Assembly: GCA_963748625.1 (NCBI GenBank)
Contig: CAVVJT010000004.1
Span: forward strand, 576,001 to 640,000
Source of the DNA: an uncultured Chloroflexia bacterium
Lineage (GTDB): Bacteria > Chloroflexota > Limnocylindria > Limnocylindrales > CSP1-4
Direction: 5' to 3'
DNA: 64,000 nucleotides
The position numbers and the translations under genes are program-made. Position 1 is the stretch's first letter, and the number at the start of each line of letters is the position of its first letter. Below are positions 10,296 to 20,571 of the stretch, in pieces. Below the pieces are notes generated by a model. That model ran no database searches. It saw nothing but the letters and a program-made list of their open reading frames with translations, and was not told the DNA's origin.

Positions 10296-11993
10296 TCAGC
10301 GGGCGATGTCCCGCCGTCGGACGCCCCATGCCCCAACCGCGATCCCGCCGAACGCCAGAACGAGGCAGGCAACAATCCCGACCGGGTCCCAGTCACCGAT
10401 CATCGGCTTGCCCATGTGTGCCGTCAGCGCCAGCTGGCGGAACCAGTCCGGCAGGCCCAGCGGCTGCGAGAGCAGATCGACGAGGTAGGTGATCACCACG
10501 AGGATCGCGGTGATCTCCGCAGCAAGCGACGTGCGCCACAGGCCGCCGATCGCCACGCCGACGCCCACGAAGGCCGCCGCGACGAGGCCCAGCGACGCCG
10601 ACCCGACGATCGCATCGAAGGCTGGCGCGCCGGCGCCTGCGGCACCGAGCCCGATGCCCGAGGCGAACACGACCGTCATCACGAGGACGGCGAGCAGGGC
10701 GCCGGCGCCGCCTGCCAGCACCCACCCCGAGCGGGGAAGGGTCGAAGGCAGGACCAGCTCGAGCCGGCCGGTGGTCTCGTCCGAGGCCCACTTGGACACG
10801 AATGTGGCGGCCGCAAAGCCGACCGCGATCAGGAACAGCTCCATGTAGAGCTGGAGCCAGGCGCCGGCGGTCGTGAAGTCGTAGCCCGGGAAGATCTGGC
10901 CGAAGATGGCGATGAGGCTCGAGTCCCCGCCAACCGACGCGGAGAACGATCCGACGAGGGACGTGAAGAGGGCGCCCCAGATCGCCATCCCGATGCCCCA
11001 GGACAGAGCGCGCGGCAGCTGGTCACCGAAGGCGCGGCTGATGGGCCCCCTCACGCCGAGGACCGCAGCCGGAAGCGTCGGCAGCCCGACGCCGGTGGTC
11101 ACGCCCAGGTCGCGCCGGCTGAACAGCTCCAGGCCGATCACGAGGAAGACGATGCCGAGCAGGCCCGTCGCGAGCACGCCCACCCAGTCGTACATGCCAA
11201 CAAGCGGGATGTGGGCATTCATCCAGCGGAACGGGCTGACTGCGACCAGGGGCCCGCCGATCTCGAGCCCGTTCGCCACCCAGAGCAGGATCATCGCCAG
11301 CGCGCTGATCCCGGCTGCCCCGGCCCGGCCCAGCAGCGGTGCGAGCGCGAACGCGAGACCGCCGAAGCACAGTGAGAGCACCCCGACCCAGAGCGCGAAG
11401 CCCACGGTCCCGAGGAGCGGGATCTGGTCGCCCATGGTGGGATCGCCGAAGACCGACGAGCTGAACGACAGCATCAGCGCCAGGACGGCCAGTGCCCCCC
11501 AGACGACGGTGAGGTGGGCGGCCACCTTCTCGATCGCGATCCGCCGCTTGCCGAACGGCGAGACCGCGACGAAGTCGAGGCTGCCACGACTGGCCTCGCC
11601 GGCGAGCGTCCCGGTCAGGGCCATGATCGACCACAGCGCGGTTCCGAGGGCGAACAGCGCGCCGTACTTGAAGGTGAGCCAGCCGCCGAGCGTGCCGAGC
11701 GACGCGCCCATCAGCGTGGCGTTGCCGAACAGGTTGACCATCGACTCCGGCATCCCGCCCACGAGCGCCTCCAGGTCCTGGCGGACCTCGGGCTCCGGGA
11801 AGACCGTGCTGATGGCGGCGCCCATCACCAGGGCGAGTCCGCCGAACATGCCGGCCGCGATGATGAACGAGAGCCGCGAGTCGCGGATCGTCTTGCCGTA
11901 GATGCTGCCGAAGCCATAGAGCCGCTTGCGAAGCGGGATCGGCGGGAAGGTGGTCGCCGCAGGATGGCGCGGCGCCCCGGTGCTAGCGGTCAT
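10296..11993 (-). CDS. ABC-2 type exporter permease (two fused membrane domains)
   Basis: About 12 TM helices; duplicated AGEASRGSLD / ASDETTGRLE motifs; overlaps the ATPase gene. Confidence 0.82.
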   Translation of the reverse strand: MTASTGAPRHPAATTFPPIPLRKRLYGFGSIYGKTIRDSRLSFIIAAGMFGGLALVMGAAISTVFPEPEVRQDLEALVGGMPESMVNLFGNATLMGASLGTLGGWLTFKYGALFALGTALWSIMALTGTLAGEASRGSLDFVAVSPFGKRRIAIEKVAAHLTVVWGALAVLALMLSFSSSVFGDPTMGDQIPLLGTVGFALWVGVLSLCFGGLAFALAPLLGRAGAAGISALAMILLWVANGLEIGGPLVAVSPFRWMNAHIPLVGMYDWVGVLATGLLGIVFLVIGLELFSRRDLGVTTGVGLPTLPAAVLGVRGPISRAFGDQLPRALSWGIGMAIWGALFTSLVGSFSASVGGDSSLIAIFGQIFPGYDFTTAGAWLQLYMELFLIAVGFAAATFVSKWASDETTGRLELVLPSTLPRSGWVLAGGAGALLAVLVMTVVFASGIGLGAAGAGAPAFDAIVGSASLGLVAAAFVGVGVAIGGLWRTSLAAEITAILVVITYLVDLLSQPLGLPDWFRQLALTAHMGKPMIGDWDPVGIVACLVLAFGGIAVGAWGVRRRDIAR

Positions 11994-12898
11994 TTGGGGC
12001 CTGCCTCCACGGCCTCGTGGCCGTACTGGGCAAGGAAGGTCTCCTCGAGCGACGGCTCACGGGAGACGAAGTCGAGCAGCTCGAACTGGGCAGCAGCGCG
12101 AACGACCGGGGTGATCGCCCCCGTGACGCGCATCCGCAGCACGTGGTCCTCGGCGACCACGTCGCTCACCCCGGGGAGCTCGGCGAACATGGCGGACGGA
12201 ACCGGGCCCGCGAACCGCACCTCGACCTGGTGGTGGGCGAGGTCGCGCAGGCTGTCCACGGTGCCGAGCTTCGCGAGGCGGCCGTCGCGGATGATGGCCA
12301 CCCGTCCGCAGGTCTTCTCCACCTCGGACAGGATGTGCGAGGAGAGGAACGCGGTGGCGCCGCCCGCAACCGCCTCGCGGAGCGTCGTGAAGAACGTCTG
12401 CTGGACCAGCGGGTCCAGGCCGGACGTGGGCTCGTCCAGCACCAGCAGCTCGGGCCGGTGCTGGAGGGCGGCGATCACGCCGATCTTCTGCTTGTTGCCC
12501 TTGCTGTACTCCTTGAAGCGCTTGGACGGGTCGAGCTCGAAGCGCTCGATCAGCGACGCCTGGAAGGCCTTGTCGACGCCGCCCCGCAGGTTGCCGAAGT
12601 ACTCGAGCGTCTGGCGGCCGGTCAGGCGGTCGTAGAGCGCGAACTCGCCCGGGATGTAGCCGACCCGCTTGTGGATGCTGACCGGATCGACCGACGACTC
12701 GATCCCGAACACGAGGGCACGCCCGCTGGTGGGCCGGATCAGGTCGAGCATCGTGCGGATCGTCGTGGTCTTGCCGGCCCCGTTCGGACCGAGGAAGCCG
12801 AAGATCTCGCCCTCGTCCACCTCGAGGTTCACGTCGATGATCCCGCGGCTCTTGCCGTAGGACTTGGTGAGCTGCTCCAGAGCGATGATGGCTGCCAT
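11990..12898 (-). CDS. ABC transporter ATP-binding protein
   Basis: Walker A GPNGAGKTT, signature YSKGNKQK, Walker B LVLDEP. Confidence 0.95.
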   Translation of the reverse strand: MAAIIALEQLTKSYGKSRGIIDVNLEVDEGEIFGFLGPNGAGKTTTIRTMLDLIRPTSGRALVFGIESSVDPVSIHKRVGYIPGEFALYDRLTGRQTLEYFGNLRGGVDKAFQASLIERFELDPSKRFKEYSKGNKQKIGVIAALQHRPELLVLDEPTSGLDPLVQQTFFTTLREAVAGGATAFLSSHILSEVEKTCGRVAIIRDGRLAKLGTVDSLRDLAHHQVEVRFAGPVPSAMFAELPGVSDVVAEDHVLRMRVTGAITPVVRAAAQFELLDFVSREPSLEETFLAQYGHEAVEAGPK

Positions 12899-12923
12899 GC
12901 GGCTCCTTCTCAGGCGTTGCTAC

Positions 12924-13607
12924 TCAGCCGAACCAGGTGTGCATGGACGCGTCGTCGATGATCGTGAAAGAGCCTTCCGGCAACCCCAGGATCCGCTCGA
13001 CAGCCTCGTCATAGGCATGCATGAAGCGCTGGACCTCCTCGAACGGGATCCGGCCGTCGAGCCGGGCCTCGAGAAGGTCGAAGATGACGTCGGCCGAGCC
13101 TGTGAACAGCCCGGCGACGAGCGTGGCGGCGTGGTCCGGCGCCGAGGGGTCCATGGACCCCTCGTCCACGCCCTGGCGGATGATCCGGGCCATCAACGGC
13201 CGGAAGGCGCGGAACGACGCCGCCTGTGCCCGGAGGCGGACGAGGTCGTTGGACGGTGCGTACCACGACCGCATGAGGCCGAGGAGCAGGTCGCTGCGCT
13301 GCGCCTTCCAGGCCCCGCCGGCCGCGAAGACGCCCTGAAGCCTGGCGACCGCCCGAAGCTCCGGATCGTCGGCGATCGGGTTGACGACCGCCATCGCGGC
13401 GTCGGTCATCCGCTCGATGACGGCGCCCAGGATGGCCTCCTTCGAATCGAAGTAGTGGTAGATCGCGCCCCGCGACGCGCCGAGCTCGTCCTGGAGGGCC
13501 TGGACGCTCATCGCGTCGTAGCCACCGCTGCGGATCTGGCGTTCGGCGGCGTCCAGGATCTCGTCGCGGCGGACGGTGTGGGCGGCGTGATTGCGGGTGC
13601 GGGCCAT
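12924..13607 (-). CDS. TetR/AcrR family transcriptional regulator
   Basis: RRDEILDAA...SRGAIYHYFDSKEAI HTH. Confidence 0.92.
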   Translation of the reverse strand: MARTRNHAAHTVRRDEILDAAERQIRSGGYDAMSVQALQDELGASRGAIYHYFDSKEAILGAVIERMTDAAMAVVNPIADDPELRAVARLQGVFAAGGAWKAQRSDLLLGLMRSWYAPSNDLVRLRAQAASFRAFRPLMARIIRQGVDEGSMDPSAPDHAATLVAGLFTGSADVIFDLLEARLDGRIPFEEVQRFMHAYDEAVERILGLPEGSFTIIDDASMHTWFG

Positions 13608-13620
13608 TGCGCTGGTATTC

Positions 13621-13646
13621 TCCGACCGACTGTCGGTCGGATTATA
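13621..13646. promoter_or_regulatory. Perfect 10-1-10 palindrome abutting a TATAAT -10 (minus strand): probable TetR operator/promoter
   Basis: tccgaccgac-t-gtcggtcgga, followed by ttata (TATAAT on minus strand at 13641-13646), just upstream of the tetR start. Confidence 0.75.
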
Positions 13647-13811
13647 GATCGATGCGCAACGACGTGCCAAGGGTCATCGCGAGGCGAGTGGTCGCGTGGC
13701 GACTCCCGTCGGCGGGCCGTGGGTGCAGGAATCCGCGCAAACGTGCCACGTGGTGGGATGAGCCCTCTGGAGCGACGGGAGGAGCCGCCGGAGGCCCGCT
13801 CGATGCCGGGA

Positions 13812-14768
13812 TCAGCCTTCCGGCCAGCCCCCGAGGTCGGCGAGTGTTGGCGGGTTGGCGCCGGCCCGGGCACACACGGCGGCTGATGCCCGAACCGCGA
13901 AGCGTGCGGCCCGGAGCACCGTGGCGGCGTCGCCCAACGTGTCGGGACCGACGCCCGAGTGCACGAGGCATGCGAGGAACGCGCCGCCGAACGTGTCCCC
14001 TGCGCCCACGGTGTCCACGACCTCCACGGCTGGCGCGACCACGGTTTCCTCAACGCTTCCGACCAGCACGCGGATGGGTCGCGCACCGTCCGTGACCAGC
14101 ACGACCGCCGGCCCCTGGGCGCGCACCCATGCCGCCGCATCCTCATGCGAGGACCCCGGCCGCAGGTACTCGAGATCCTCGGTTGACGCCTTCACGATGT
14201 CGGCACGGGCCATGACGCGGGCCATCCGGGCGCGCCATGCGTCGGCGTCGCGGGTGATCGATGGGCGCGCGTTCGGGTCGAGCATGACGATGCGATCAAC
14301 GGGAACGGCACACGCGAACGCCTCGAGCGTGGATGCCATCGGCTCAAGGACGAGGCCCAGCGAGCCGGTGAGGAACGCCCGGGTGGAGGTGGGCAGCCCA
14401 CCGGCGAGCGGGCCGGGCAGCACGGCCGGCGACGAGGTCGAGTCAGTGTAGAAGTGGTACGAGGCACTGCCGTCGGCGCCCAGCTCGGCGAGCGCGAGCG
14501 TGGTGGGGAGGTCCGTGCGCTGGACGCGGTCCACCTGGACGCCATCGCCGACGAGCCCCGCCTCCAGCATCCGGCCGAACCTGTCGGACGACAGCCCGCC
14601 GACCCAGGCGGCCGGAACCCCAAGTCGCGCGATCGCCCGCACGGAGTTGAACGGGCTGCCGCCGGCGACCGGGATGATCTCGCCTGTGGCGCGCACGATG
14701 AGGTCGATGAGGGCCTCGCCGGCGACGACGATGGCGGGGTCGGGGGTGGAATCGGCTGGCGTTGTCAC
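13812..14768 (-). CDS. PfkB family carbohydrate kinase (fructokinase-like)
   Basis: VAGEALIDL, GGSPFN, DPNARP, VDTVGAGDTF. Confidence 0.92.
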   Translation of the reverse strand: MTTPADSTPDPAIVVAGEALIDLIVRATGEIIPVAGGSPFNSVRAIARLGVPAAWVGGLSSDRFGRMLEAGLVGDGVQVDRVQRTDLPTTLALAELGADGSASYHFYTDSTSSPAVLPGPLAGGLPTSTRAFLTGSLGLVLEPMASTLEAFACAVPVDRIVMLDPNARPSITRDADAWRARMARVMARADIVKASTEDLEYLRPGSSHEDAAAWVRAQGPAVVLVTDGARPIRVLVGSVEETVVAPAVEVVDTVGAGDTFGGAFLACLVHSGVGPDTLGDAATVLRAARFAVRASAAVCARAGANPPTLADLGGWPEG

Positions 14769-14808
14769 GCCCGGATTATCGCCCCCCGCGACGTGCGAGG
14801 ATGGCCGC

Positions 14809-15288
14809 ATGCACGACGATCAGGCCATTCCCACCGTTCCCAAGCACCTCCTCGGGCCCGATGGTGCCATCCAGCGCGTCCGCCTCGGCGCCTACGCGTG
14901 GTGCGAGCGGGACGATGCCGTCCTGCTGACCCGCGTCTCGAACGAGGGACCCGGTGGCGGCCTCTGGACCCTGCCGGGTGGCGGCCTGGACTTCGGCGAG
15001 GACCCCACCGACGGCGCGGAGCGGGAAGTTCGCGAGGAGACCGGCTATGCCGTGGAGCTGGGCGATCTGCTCGGCATCCGGAGTGCCGTCCTGGAACCCA
15101 CGCAGACGATCAGCGGCCATCGTGTCCAGACGGTCGGCATCATCTTCCGGGGCACGATCACGGGGGGCGAGCTGACCACGGAGTTCGAGGGCTCCACGGA
15201 CGCGGCCGCCTGGGTGCCCCTCGGGGAGCTGGACGCGCTGCCGTCGGTCGAGCTGCTGGCCTGGGCGAGGTCGCTGGTCGGGCGCTGA
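14809..15288 (+). CDS. NUDIX hydrolase
   Basis: Nudix box GGGLDFGEDPTDGAEREVREETG. Confidence 0.92.
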   Translation: MHDDQAIPTVPKHLLGPDGAIQRVRLGAYAWCERDDAVLLTRVSNEGPGGGLWTLPGGGLDFGEDPTDGAEREVREETGYAVELGDLLGIRSAVLEPTQTISGHRVQTVGIIFRGTITGGELTTEFEGSTDAAAWVPLGELDALPSVELLAWARSLVGR

Positions 15289-15370
15289 GCGGCCGCCGGT
15301 CGTGCGCTGAGCGGCAGGGAGTCGGCAAGCCGATACGCGGCGGGCGCCCCACGTTCGGTACCCTCGCGCC

Positions 15371-17260
15371 ATGACCGACCACCCTGCCTGGGAGCGCCGC
15401 TTCCGCACGCCGATCCTGTCCTTCCCCTCGTGGGCCGCCGACGACCCCGAACGCATGGTCGTCGGGTCCACCGAGTCCGGCTCCTACCAGCTGTATGCAT
15501 GGAACCGGGCGACCGGGGAGCGCCGGCAGGTGACCTTCGAGCCTGTCGGCGTGCTTGCGGGCTCCCCGACCCGGGACGGAACGGGCGTTGTGTGGTTCCA
15601 CGACGCGACCGGGTCCGAGGCGGGCATGTTCGTGGTGGCCCCCTTCGGCGAGGCGACGGCGCCTGAGCCCCTGTTCGACGGCGTGCCGACTGGTTGGTCG
15701 GAGGGGCTGGCCCTGGGTCGGCGGTCGAGCGTGGTCGCCATCTCCACCGCCGACGAGTACGCGGTCTTCGTCTCCGATGGCGGCGCGCCGGTTCGCAGGC
15801 TGCACGCTCACGAGCAGCCGTTGAGGCTGATCGGCGGCTCAGGCATGAGCGGGTCGATGGAGCGTGGCGCGCTCTCGGCCGACGAGTCGATCGTGGTCCT
15901 CGAGGTCATGGAGGACGGTGACGTCATCCATCCGTCGCTGCGGGCGCTCGACGTGGTCACTGGTGACACCCTTGCCACGCTCCGCGACGCCGGCAGCGAG
16001 GTCGCGGGCTTCGGGTTCTCGCCGGTCGCCGGCGACAGCCGGGTCGCGATCACGCGGGAGCTGGGCGGCGAGCGCCGGCCGTGGCTATGGGATGCGCGGT
16101 CCGGGGACCTGACGCCGGTCGAGGCGGGCCTCGCGGGCGATGTCGAGCCCATGGACTGGTGGCCTGATGCGTCGGCGTTGCTGCTCCAGGTCCTCGAGGC
16201 GGGGCGCCACCGTCTGTACCGGTTCGATCTTGCGACGGGCGCCTGCTTGCTGCTGGACTCTGAGCCCGGGTCCATCACCGCCGCCGCCGTCCGCCCCGAC
16301 GGCGAGGTCTGGTACCGGGGCCACTGCGGCGAGCATCCTGCCCACCTCCTCCGCGTTGGCAGCGCCGAGCCCATCCTGGCGACCGACACACCCGATGGCG
16401 ACGCCGGCGGCCGGTCGATGGAGGAGTGGTGGTTCGCCAACCCGAACGGCGAACGGGTCCACGGCTTCACGATCTCGCCTGACGGCGAGGCGCCGTTCCC
16501 GGTGATGCTCCGTGTTCACGGCGGCCCGCACTCGGTGGACATGGACCGCTGGGCGCCGGATGTCCAGGCCCACGTCGACGCCGGGTTCCTGGTCGCGATG
16601 GTCAACTACCGCGGCTCGGAGGGCTTCGGCCAGGCGTGGCGCGATGCGCTCACCGGCAACTGCGGCGTCTATGAGCTCGAGGATGTGCTCGCCGGCCTCG
16701 ACGACCTGGTGGCCCGAGGTCTTGCGGACCCGGAGCGGGTCGTGCTCGCTGGCTGGTCGTGGGGTGGCTACGTCACCCTGATGGGCGCCGGCCGCTTGCC
16801 AGAGCGGTTCACGTCGCTGGTCGCGGGCGTGCCCGTGGCCGACTACGTGGCCGCCTTCGAGGACGAGGCGCCGGTCCTCCAGGCGATCGACCGGGCGCTG
16901 TTCGGCGGTTCGCCCGATGAGGTGCCGGACGTGTACCGCGAGCGCAACCCGCTCACCTATGCCGATGCGGTCACGGCGCCGCTCCTGATCATGGCCGGCA
17001 CCAACGACTCACGCTGCCCCATCCGCCAGGTCTGGAACTACGTGGGCCGGCTCCGGTCGCGTGGCTTCGAGCCGCAGGTGTACACGTACGACACCGGGCA
17101 CTCCTCGTTCGACATCGAGGAGCGGGTGCGCCAGACCGCGATCGTGCTCGACTTCCTTGCGGCGACAGTGCCCGGTGTCCAGCGGCTCGACGGGCTCGAT
17201 GCACACCTGGCGGCGGCGGATGTCGAACCCTACGCCAACTCGAGGTCAGCGCTGAACTGA
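15371..17260 (+). CDS. S9 family prolyl oligopeptidase / acylaminoacyl peptidase
   Basis: HGGP, NYRGSEGFG, nucleophile GWSWGG, NDSRC, TGHS. Confidence 0.9.
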   Translation: MTDHPAWERRFRTPILSFPSWAADDPERMVVGSTESGSYQLYAWNRATGERRQVTFEPVGVLAGSPTRDGTGVVWFHDATGSEAGMFVVAPFGEATAPEPLFDGVPTGWSEGLALGRRSSVVAISTADEYAVFVSDGGAPVRRLHAHEQPLRLIGGSGMSGSMERGALSADESIVVLEVMEDGDVIHPSLRALDVVTGDTLATLRDAGSEVAGFGFSPVAGDSRVAITRELGGERRPWLWDARSGDLTPVEAGLAGDVEPMDWWPDASALLLQVLEAGRHRLYRFDLATGACLLLDSEPGSITAAAVRPDGEVWYRGHCGEHPAHLLRVGSAEPILATDTPDGDAGGRSMEEWWFANPNGERVHGFTISPDGEAPFPVMLRVHGGPHSVDMDRWAPDVQAHVDAGFLVAMVNYRGSEGFGQAWRDALTGNCGVYELEDVLAGLDDLVARGLADPERVVLAGWSWGGYVTLMGAGRLPERFTSLVAGVPVADYVAAFEDEAPVLQAIDRALFGGSPDEVPDVYRERNPLTYADAVTAPLLIMAGTNDSRCPIRQVWNYVGRLRSRGFEPQVYTYDTGHSSFDIEERVRQTAIVLDFLAATVPGVQRLDGLDAHLAAADVEPYANSRSALN

Positions 17261-18335
17261 TACCGGGTCTCATTGCCGCGGCAGGGGGGGCCCAGGCCGT
17301 AGCGGATCTCGCCTGCGGTCACGTCCGCCAGGCACCAGAACACCGTGACCGAGGTCTCGGTGCCGTCGTCGTGGCGGCAGATCGACGGTGAGGTCTCGTG
17401 GTCCGAGAGGAACGCGAGCATGCGCTCGGGGTGATCGAGCCAGCCGCCGGGCCTGCTCCGTCAACCCCGTCGAGCAGCTGCAGCGCCCGGCCCAGGCGCA
17501 CCGAGGACCGGACCGCGTAGGCCGGGTCGCCCTCGTAGCGGCGCATCCGCTCGCAGGCGTAGTGGTTCGTATGGGCGAGGGTGCCCGCAGGCGACGGCGT
17601 CGTCACCTCGGCATCGGCTGCCGATCCCTCCACGTTGACCACGCCCCCGTCGCGATGTGCGAACACCGTGTTGTACGAGGACGCCCGGTCAGGGCGGAGC
17701 GCCATCGCGACCGCCTCGTCGAGTGTGCGAGCGGTGAGCTGCTCGCGCACCATGAGCAGCCGCGGCACACCGATCCGCTCGTCGTTGGGCGAGAGCTCGT
17801 TGCCCGTGAGCGAGAGCTCGGCCGAGTTCCAGCCGACGCTGATCCACGGCCCGATCCCCAGCGACAGCACCACGGGCTCACCCGGTACGTGCCACTCGAT
17901 GGCCATCACGGACGCCTCGGACGCGGGCGACAGGTCGTTCGTGTGGCCGACCCAGATGTGACCGTCGGCGGTGGCGGGCGGCGCGGCGACCATGTCCGAG
18001 CAGCGCCCGTCCACGACCTCCCCGTCCGTGGCCTGCGATGGACGGACCGTCCAGATCTCCTCGATGGAGGCCGCGAAGAGCGCGAGCGGATCGACGCCAG
18101 CCCCCTCGGCTGCCCCGTCGATCTCGTCCACCAGCCACGGTGTCGCAGCCAGCGTCGCGTCCCGGTAGCGGGCAGCAAGCGCGAGCTGGCCTGCGCGCGA
18201 CCTTCCGGCCGGCAGGTCGGCATCGAACTCCACCGCTCGGCGGAGCACAGCCGGTGCGGCCTCGCCGATCTGCCGCCCGCAGTCCCGGTGCGAGCCCTCG
18301 ACGCGCAGGAACGGCATGCCGCCTGCGGTGTTCAC
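17230..18335 (-). CDS. C45 family autoproteolytic acyltransferase/peptidase (Ntn hydrolase); 1-nt frameshift near 17428
   Basis: GRCSD autoprocessing Cys, GHTND, AHTNHY; C-terminus (MLAFLSDH...SICRH...GPPC) continues in another frame. Confidence 0.75.
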
Positions 18336-20458
18336 CGCCCGGCGCGGTTCTTCGGCGGGGGCGGGAGCTTCGTCTCGCCCTTGACCAGGAAGTGCGTGAA
18401 CCAGTCGCGCACCTGGACCAGGTTCTCGGCCCGGCGGAACGGCGCACCCGAGCGCGTGAGCTCGTGGCTCTCGTTGGGCACCCGCATGAACCGGACCGGC
18501 CGCTTGAGCGAGCGCAGGACCGTGAACAGCGTCTCGGCCTGGCCGACGGTGCAGCGCAGGTCCCGCTCCGCGTGCTGGATGAGCAGCGGCGTGCGGACGT
18601 TCTCCGCCAGCGAGATGGGCGAGATCGAATGCCAGTAGGCCACATCCTCCCAGGGCCACTTCCCGAACTCGAGCTTCGCCCACTCGCCGCCCGAGATGTC
18701 GCCCGACAGGAACAGCATCCGCATGTCCACGACGGAGCGCGCCGTGAGCGCCGCCTTGAAGCGGTCCGTCCGACCGACGATCCAGTTCGTGAGATAGCCG
18801 CCGTACGAGCCGCCGGTCACGCCAAGGCGCGCAGGATCGGCCAGGCCGTCATCGATCGCCTGGTCCACACCGACAAGGACGTCGGACATCGGCCCGTCGC
18901 CCCAGTCGCCCAGGTTCGCGCGGTTGAAGGCCTCACCGTAGCCCTCGGAGCCACGCGGGTTGCAGGCCAGAACGGACATACCGGCGCCCGCGAGGACCTG
19001 CCACTCCAGGATCGGCGACCAGCCGTAGAGCGTGTGCGGACCACCGTGGATCTCGACGACCATCGGCTGCGCGCCGTCACCCGCAGGGTAGAGCCAGCCC
19101 TGGATCTCCCAGCCGCCGCTCGTCCAGCGGCGCTCCACCGGCTCGATGAGCGCCAGCTCCGCAGCAAGGTCCGCGTTCGGTGCGGCCAGCACCATGGGCT
19201 CCGCTTCGACCAGGTCGCCTTCGCCCACCTCGAAGGTCACGACCTCCGGCAGCACCGTCGCCGTCGAGCGCACGGCCACGATCCGGTCCGCCGCGCCGTC
19301 GGCCAGGGCGTCCCAGCCCGCGAGGTAGTGCCGGTCCGACGTCAGCCGCAGCGGATCCCCGCCCTCGAGCGGGACCCGCCACAGCTCGAACGAGCCGTCC
19401 ACGGGCGCCGTGAACAGGACCGCGGTCCCGTCGGCCGTCGGCACCAGCTGCGGCCCTTCGCCCAGCGTCACGTCGCTGTTCATCGCGGAGTCCGGCTTCA
19501 GCGGGGAGCTCTCGATGAGATCCTTCCCGCCGCGCGCGCCCGCATCGGACCCGTCGGCTGCGAACCGCCAGATGCCCGTCCGGTAGCCGGCCCGCGGGAA
19601 CCGGTCGCCGAAGGCCAGGACGGACGCGCCATCCCGCGTCCACGACGGGTTGAAGAACGACGCGTCGTTGCCGCCGGCCACGGTCGTGACCTCGCCCGAG
19701 GCCACGTCCACCACGAACACCGACGAGCGCCAGTCGATGTCGGGATCGCGGCGGCGGTTGGCCGTGAACGCGATGCGCGTGCCGTCGGGGGACCAGGTCG
19801 GCGACGTCTCGGCCGACGGCCCTGCGACCAGCTGCCGCGCCTCGCCCGTCGCCACGTCCACCAGCCAGAGATGCGTCTCCTGGTCGTCGATGAATCCCGC
19901 GCCGTTGTACTGGTAGCCGAGCTTGTCGATGAACCGGTAGTCCGACAGCGGCGTGTCGCCGGGCTTGGGCGCGTCGGGGCGGCCGCGCTTGCGCTTGTCC
20001 TCCTTGATCGTCGCGCCGAGCGACGAGGTCAGGACGGCGAGCTGGGCGCCGTCGGGCGACCAGGCGAACTCGGACACGCCCTTGGGGAGGTCGGTCAGGC
20101 GGCGCGCCTCGCCGCCATCGAGCGGGAGCAGGTGGACCTGGACGCAGTCGTCGCGGTCCTTCATGTCAGCCGGGCGGTCCGGCTCCTCCTCCACGAACAG
20201 CCGGCGGTCCGAGAGGAACGCGAGGGTGCGGCCGTCGGGCGAGAAGCGGGCATGGCGGTCCGTCCGCGCGCCCAGCGTGAGCTGGCGGGCGGGCGTTGAG
20301 CCGTCCACGGGCACGAGCCAGATGCTGTGCCGATAGGCGTCCTTGCCCACGGCGGCGCGCTTGACGGTGAAGGCGACCTGGGTGCCGTCGGGCGAGAGCC
20401 TGGGGTCGAAGGGGACGGCGAGGCGGTACAGGTCGTCGGGGCGTGCGGATCGAGGCAC
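18332..20458 (-). CDS. S9 family dipeptidyl aminopeptidase with PD40/beta-propeller repeats
   Basis: Repeated FSPDG/WSPDG, IHGGPH, NPRGSEGYG, GGSYGG, DLRC, ESHEL. Confidence 0.92.
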   Translation of the reverse strand: MPRSARPDDLYRLAVPFDPRLSPDGTQVAFTVKRAAVGKDAYRHSIWLVPVDGSTPARQLTLGARTDRHARFSPDGRTLAFLSDRRLFVEEEPDRPADMKDRDDCVQVHLLPLDGGEARRLTDLPKGVSEFAWSPDGAQLAVLTSSLGATIKEDKRKRGRPDAPKPGDTPLSDYRFIDKLGYQYNGAGFIDDQETHLWLVDVATGEARQLVAGPSAETSPTWSPDGTRIAFTANRRRDPDIDWRSSVFVVDVASGEVTTVAGGNDASFFNPSWTRDGASVLAFGDRFPRAGYRTGIWRFAADGSDAGARGGKDLIESSPLKPDSAMNSDVTLGEGPQLVPTADGTAVLFTAPVDGSFELWRVPLEGGDPLRLTSDRHYLAGWDALADGAADRIVAVRSTATVLPEVVTFEVGEGDLVEAEPMVLAAPNADLAAELALIEPVERRWTSGGWEIQGWLYPAGDGAQPMVVEIHGGPHTLYGWSPILEWQVLAGAGMSVLACNPRGSEGYGEAFNRANLGDWGDGPMSDVLVGVDQAIDDGLADPARLGVTGGSYGGYLTNWIVGRTDRFKAALTARSVVDMRMLFLSGDISGGEWAKLEFGKWPWEDVAYWHSISPISLAENVRTPLLIQHAERDLRCTVGQAETLFTVLRSLKRPVRFMRVPNESHELTRSGAPFRRAENLVQVRDWFTHFLVKGETKLPPPPKNRAGR

Positions 20459-20571
20459 GAATTCCTCCGGGTGTCGTGGCAGTGCGGCCAGTCTATCCCC
20501 GAGCCACCCGTGGCAACGCGACCCTGGCCGCTGTCCGCCCCTCGCGTCCGACGGGCTACCATCGGCGGGCG

